From Choristocarpus tenellus KU-1152 (Eukaryota > Protista > Phaeophyceae): a stretch of DNA of 40,145 nucleotides. The stretch is taken from NCBI GenBank assembly GCA_964200185.2, contig CAXNAD020000032.1:1-40145 (forward strand). The letters run 5' to 3'. The first letter of the stretch is position 1. Each line of letters begins with the position of its first letter. Made by a program: the position numbers and the translations under genes. Below, piece after piece: positions 34,831 through 40,145 of the stretch. A model generated the notes under the pieces. That model saw only the letters and a list, made by a program, of their open reading frames with translations, made no database searches and was not told the origin of the DNA.

Positions 34831-37183
34831 TAGCTAAGGGATGGTACATGTCCACTCTAACACCAGTCCAAGATGCAGTATGTGAAATTCACTTTGGTGT
34901 GTGGAACGAATGAGGTTGCCTTGGAGGCTTCCTCGCCTGCTATCTTCCGAACTTTCTAAAACCGGTTTTGTGTTCAGCCATAGATTCTGGTTCAAGCATT
35001 AATCGATAGGAGACGGAGAGGATTGTCGTGGTGTGGAATTGTACGGAGATTATTGCAAATGATACTATCTTGTGAGACATTTGTAAGCCTCATGAATGGC
35101 AGATGTACATTAAGTAAGAGTTGGTTATGAAGTTCACTATTGGTCTCAGAATTCTGAAACTCTGTAAGCAGAGGTCTGAGTTGTTTCCCTAGACTCTTCT
35201 GGTTGCCACAAGGGGTACTCAGTATTCAAGATTTAGCTGTCACTGAATTGATTATGTTATAGTGAGAAAGGAAATATTGGTGTGTGATTGCTTGATACCT
35301 CCAAGTTTGACAGGACTTAGCCTCTGGGCAGGGAGAGCTCTGTGGAGAGACGCAAACGTGATTGTAAGAATGTTGACCACTCTCTAATGACAGTGGACTG
35401 TTGTATAACGTAGCTGCTGATGTTGGTGGGGGTGGTAAGACTTTTGTTTGGGGTGGCAGTGTGCTCTAGAGCTGCTGTTGGTGTCATAGTGTGCTGTACA
35501 AGCATAGGTAGGAGCTTCAAGGACCTGCTTATGGTCATATTTTTTACTGACAATTTCATTCTTAAATGTATATATTAATCAAGTATATATACTTGTGTGT
35601 ATGCTATAGTAATAATAAAGTTTATGTGGAGGAAGGTCTTGAAGGTTGCTGCCTGTTGTCACACAAGGCTGTGATAAACTGATGCCCATATATATTGAAT
35701 GCTTGAGGATCCTGCATGCATGTATGTGGTATGGAAATGGGATGCATGATAACTGCCTGTATGCTAATAATGTGAGGCTTCCTTTAAACTATGGACATCC
35801 TGTTGGCTGTCATATCTTCTACTTTTTCCCTACTAAGCTGAGCATTAGCTTGATATGGCACCAAATCTATGGAAGACCATTGGGTTAAATTATGTAATAA
35901 CATTTTCATCATGCCGCCCTGTAACTGAAGTACCCACAGATGAAAGAGATTAACCACGTTTGCACTGCACACTGTCTTACTTTCTCAGGGTGAACTTTAG
36001 CTTAGTTTCTTTTACCAGATATTCCTCTCCTCAGTTCTGTTTGTGCAGCTACAGTCTGCTACAGGTTCTTGTTCCCAATTTTCTCTTGAAACAAAAAAGG
36101 TCATGTTACGCACACACGTCATTCGAGCTGATCAATGAACCAGAATTTGGTTCTTGTTGTGGCCACTCCCCTCTCTGACACACATTTCTAACAAACTTCC
36201 ATAACAATGTTATGGTAGTGACAACTACTAACCGAGCATTCTCACAACATGTGGAGTGTGCATCCATCATCCACGAAGATTTAACAATACTATGGTTACT
36301 ACCCCTATTAAACATCATACATTATTTAGCCAAATTAAACGAGGGGTATTCAGGTTTTGCGGTTTTTTTCAATCTCTTGAAATACACTCATATTTCTATG
36401 TATGAAGTGCTATGTTTGACTTGAGAATGTTGATTTCTCTATTGTTTGAACTCTTCGACAGAATGAAGAAAATATCCTACACGCCTTTGTAAAAAAAAGT
36501 CGTAATTTGCACATATTTGTCATCCTTAAAATGCAACTCTGGGTACCTCTTTTTTACTTTGGCTCATTAGTAATACTACTACTGTTGTTGCACAGCAAGT
36601 ATGACTCAAATAATAACCACCGCGCCCTCCATTTTGGTGCTCTGGGGCACTTTCTTCAACATTGCATTCCTCTACTGTTCATTAACATTCTATTGTACCT
36701 GCATTAGTATAGTAGGGCAAGAAACCACAGAGTGTTCAGCCAGATACTTCAAAATATGCTTGAACCACAGTCATCATAGTGAAGGATAAAAGGCATTATT
36801 TGCAAGCCATAGACAAAACCTTTGCAAAAACTACCTACATCCCATTTCATTGGCTGGCATAAAAACTCCTTGGTTGAAAAAAAAAATACATCTCATGATA
36901 GGAGGAAAGGAACAAAGAATGGCCCCAAGGTCGGCGACAATAGCAGGGACCAATTTCAGTTCAATAACACTCTCTTCTCGCTCAAGAGGGAATCAAGTTG
37001 GTTTCTCACTCTCACCAACAATCAGACACAAACAATGTGTCTCCCTGATACCACCATACATTCATTCTTCTCCCCACCATCACAGGCATACTCTGTCAGA
37101 GAAAAAATACCAACTAGCTCTTTCCTCACACGAACGCACTTAACACACCAACAGTGGTATTAATAGTATTTTAGGGAGAGAGA

Positions 37184-37204
37184 CAGCAGCAGCAGCAGCA
37201 GCAG
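37184..37204. repeat. (CAG)7 microsatellite, i.e. (CUG)7 in the presumed RBM42 3'UTR
   Basis: Read directly, ~90 nt downstream of the RBM42 stop codon. Confidence 0.85.
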
Positions 37205-37295
37205 TACTGGATAACCCTAATAGTTGCCATCTCTCTCTTGACAAAACTTTCTGACTTGGTACTACTACTGCAAATTCCACAACTAACGTTTGAAG

Positions 37296-38813
37296 TCAGG
37301 TTAACAGTCCAAGAGCCTTCTTGACCTTCTTTGCTTGTCTCGCCTTCTTCTTCACCTGCCAGAAAAGGATAGGGTTAGGGAAGAGGGGGGGTATATTCTC
37401 AGGGTTCAATGTATTAGGCTAACACATGGACAGCAGTGTGTTCCTGAATACTCAGGAGTATATATATATTTATGTATAGTTCATAAGAGCCTGTTGAATG
37501 GATTGAACACAAAAACAAAAAAAATGAACCTTGATGTAAGTTGCGTTCAAAATTGATGAAAGGCGGACTATGATTCATGTTTATTATTAATTATCAACTG
37601 AAAATACAGAGTGAGGTGAGGGTCAAGAAGGGTGCCTACCGATGAGGGTACTTCCATTTTGCAGAGTTGTGGCGTTTTGAGACTAGGAAAACAGGGAATT
37701 ACAAAAAGAAAAAGTGAGCAAGGAAAGCAACAAAAATAGAATGGGAGGCTCTTATTGGCCAAGGAAGCCTATTTCTATGCTTGGCACCTTGAAAAAGTAC
37801 CCCTTCGGGGGGGGGTATTACTACCTTCTTTGGTCCAGTCAAGTGAGATTTCACATGCTCAAGTACATGTAAGAGGTGTATTCCAATAGTGCACATAGAA
37901 CACAGCACCATATTAATTATTTTTCTTCTTTGTCATTACGGTCCCTATCACATCAAGTGTATCCCTATCACATAAAGTGTATCGCACTCATTTCCCTCTT
38001 ATCTTTGATACTTTTCAGTAAGATATCAACTGACATTGACAAGGCACGGTGGAGGCTTTTTTTTGTTTCCCCCTTCCTAACTCCATTCACACTCTTACAC
38101 CCAAACACACACAAAGCTATATCATAACACAACCCCCAGACTTCAGGACAAGTCATCCATGGATATCTATTGCATTGCCCTCAAGCTCATCCTGTGAACG
38201 TTCAAAATACAACATACATATGTATGTATGTATATGTAAGAGGAGGAACACCAGTGTAAAACAACTAGCAAGCTATGTGGGGGGGGGTATGGATCACTTT
38301 TGAAAGAAAAAAAATACCACAGAACATTTTTTTTATTGTACCCTAGGAGATACAGTGAAAAAAGAAGGCAGTCAGGCAGGCACACACATGTACAACACCA
38401 AATTCAAGAGTGACTTAACACACACTCAGCATTAAAAGTAGGTGACTCGGAGGTATAGTAACAAAAAAAAAATCTATCTACACACAAAATGACAGCGCTA
38501 CAAGATATTTCTTTTTACAAGAACCTCTGACAACTCTTCATAACTATAAAACAGTTGAAACTTAACAATCCACTCTCACGAGGAGTTGCAGCTGAGACAC
38601 TCATATTTAAAACACCATTGCACCCAGAACCAAAATGGAACAATCCAAGCCTGTTCTCCTCTTTGTAACAGCACGCCACGCAATTTAAAAAAATGTATAT
38701 TGTAAGTCACCTCTTTTACATCCCTGTCCTTCCACGTACTCTTGCTGATTTTCATTGGGCGGTTGCCGAGGTATTTCCCATTCATCTCTCGAAGTGCCTT
38801 GAGCATGTCCATC
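37296..38813 (-). CDS. RBM42: RBM42-like RRM RNA-binding protein, last two coding exons (5' part lies beyond the right edge)
   Basis: Exon 38813-38711 MDMLKALREMNGKYLGNRPMKISKSTWKDRDVKE and exon 37355-37296 VKKKARQAKKVKKALGLLT*, CAG acceptors, GT donor. Matches the RBM42 C-terminus pattern (AMREMNGKYVGSRPIKLRKS.WKDR...KK.LG). Confidence 0.88.
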
Positions 38814-39010
38814 CTGCAGAACAAACACATCACACATTGTCAGAAAAAAAAGGTCAGGAGCTCACTATCTATTAATATATCTCTTTATTAGACCTCTTGA
38901 ATACCAGTTCACGCATCACAAGAAGAATCACAAGAATGTTCAAGCAAAAGGATTATCTCCATTTTTTTCAAACCAAGGCATTTAAAAGACCCATTACTTA
39001 CTAACATATA

Positions 39011-39074
39011 CATACATACATACATACATACATACATACATACATACATACATACATACATACATACATACATA
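39011..39074. repeat. (CATA)16 microsatellite
   Basis: Perfect tetranucleotide array read directly. Confidence 0.95.
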
Positions 39075-39958
39075 ATACACACACAAAGGCAATCAACCTA
39101 TGAGAACAATCTACAGGTTGGTCTCAAATCGATCAGATAGTAATTCTCACCAACGTGCGTTCTGTGCGTCCGCACGCGCCTCAGCCTCACACAGTGCACG
39201 TTTTTCGATTCCCAATCGACCAACTCAACTCAAATCCTTGTTTTTTTTGCCCAACATGTACTTCAACTCATACTCAACAAAAAAAATCTGCTGCTCGACT
39301 CGGTAAATGAATCATTTTCTTTTTGAGAGAGAACGAACAAATGGGTATAAGAGGCGTGTTGATCAGCGGATTACTTGCATGAATCAGGTTGGGTAGGATA
39401 CAACCTTTCAATGACCACAACCCACCAAGCACAGTCAGGTTCAATACAGCACCCGCCCAAACACAACCACCAATAACCCCTGCATTATCCCTGCCAACCA
39501 AAGGACTCATCCAATGTACAGACTGTCTAACCTACTCTTGGTTCGAGTAGATAGATACGGACACTACATGTGGGAATCTAGATATTCATTTTCTTTCCAA
39601 TCTTGGAATTAGGTTGACATCGTCAGCGTGTAACTGTAAGTATCGTTTCACAAGAAAGCCTCCTTTAAGAAAAAGGTGCCAATCGGAGCAGTAGTCATGG
39701 AGCCAGCCGAAACATCAGAATAGCAAAAGACGCTTGCTGCATCTTGGAGTATGGTGGATGTTGGATGATGGACGCGGACTGAGACGAAAACATATTTGAA
39801 TTTTGAAGTAAACGGATTCACAAAAGGTGGTAGTTCAACTTACTACTAGGTTGTGCATTCCATACTACCATTTCTAAGAGTGCACAAAAAAATATATTAT
39901 TTTGCACTACCAACAGCATACCTTGCAACATATATATATATACTATTATTGATACAGA

Positions 39959-40116
39959 ACAAAAAAACAATGCATCCACAAAGACACAATACACATACAC
40001 GGTGGTATATTTTACAATCCCATCCGTCTACCCGCTCATCCTTGTGCTTTTTGAGCATAAGAGGCACACTTTGAAGTCCTGTGTAATGGGTCTTTGTGGA
40101 TGCATTGTTTTTTTGT
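39959..40116. repeat. 37-bp inverted repeat (2 mismatches, 84-nt spacer), MITE/foldback-like, in an RBM42 intron
   Basis: 39959-39995 ACAAAAAAACAATGCATCCACAAAGACACAATACACA versus reverse complement of 40080-40116 ACAAAAAAACAATGCATCCACAAAGACCCATTACACA. Confidence 0.85.
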
Positions 40117-40145
40117 ATTCTTCAGGGGGGGATGGGGGGGGGGGG

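Noticed and set aside
40125-40145. G-run at the window end and C-runs at 17780-17797 and 20766-20790 as G-quadruplex elements
   Set aside because: Simple homopolymers of uncertain length; no evidence of function.
1-40145. A functionally linked three-gene system (DUF179, TOP2, RBM42) or a viral/prokaryotic island
   Set aside because: All three are ordinary spliceosomal-intron-containing nuclear genes with unrelated functions; only adjacency links them.

Overview
Eukaryotic, intron-rich genomic DNA, most likely from a photosynthetic stramenopile (brown-alga-like; inferred, not proven). Three genes are present. (1) A complete DNA topoisomerase II gene (TOP2, + strand, 3240-34830), assembled by hand into 43 coding exons (~1858 aa, all splice phases consistent, one GC-AG intron), with a ~620-aa C-terminal tail containing a histone-H1-like (KAAPKx)8 repeat. 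(2) Head-to-head with it, 338 bp from ATG to ATG, the first three exons of a plastid-targeted DUF179/AlgH/YqgE-family gene (- strand, runs off the left edge). (3) Tail-to-tail with it, the last two exons of an RBM42-like RRM splicing factor (- strand, runs off the right edge). Introns carry transposon debris (Ty1/copia RNase H fragment, probable hAT transposase relic, MITE-like inverted repeats) and microsatellites. I found no CRISPR array, rRNA, tRNA or operon-like system, and no convincing new multi-gene system. The best leads are the modular TOP2 tail, two frame-shifting candidate cassette exons or recursive splice sites in its 3' half, unusual splice-signal usage, and the compact bidirectional promoter. 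All exon coordinates and counts were read by eye and need RNA-seq confirmation.
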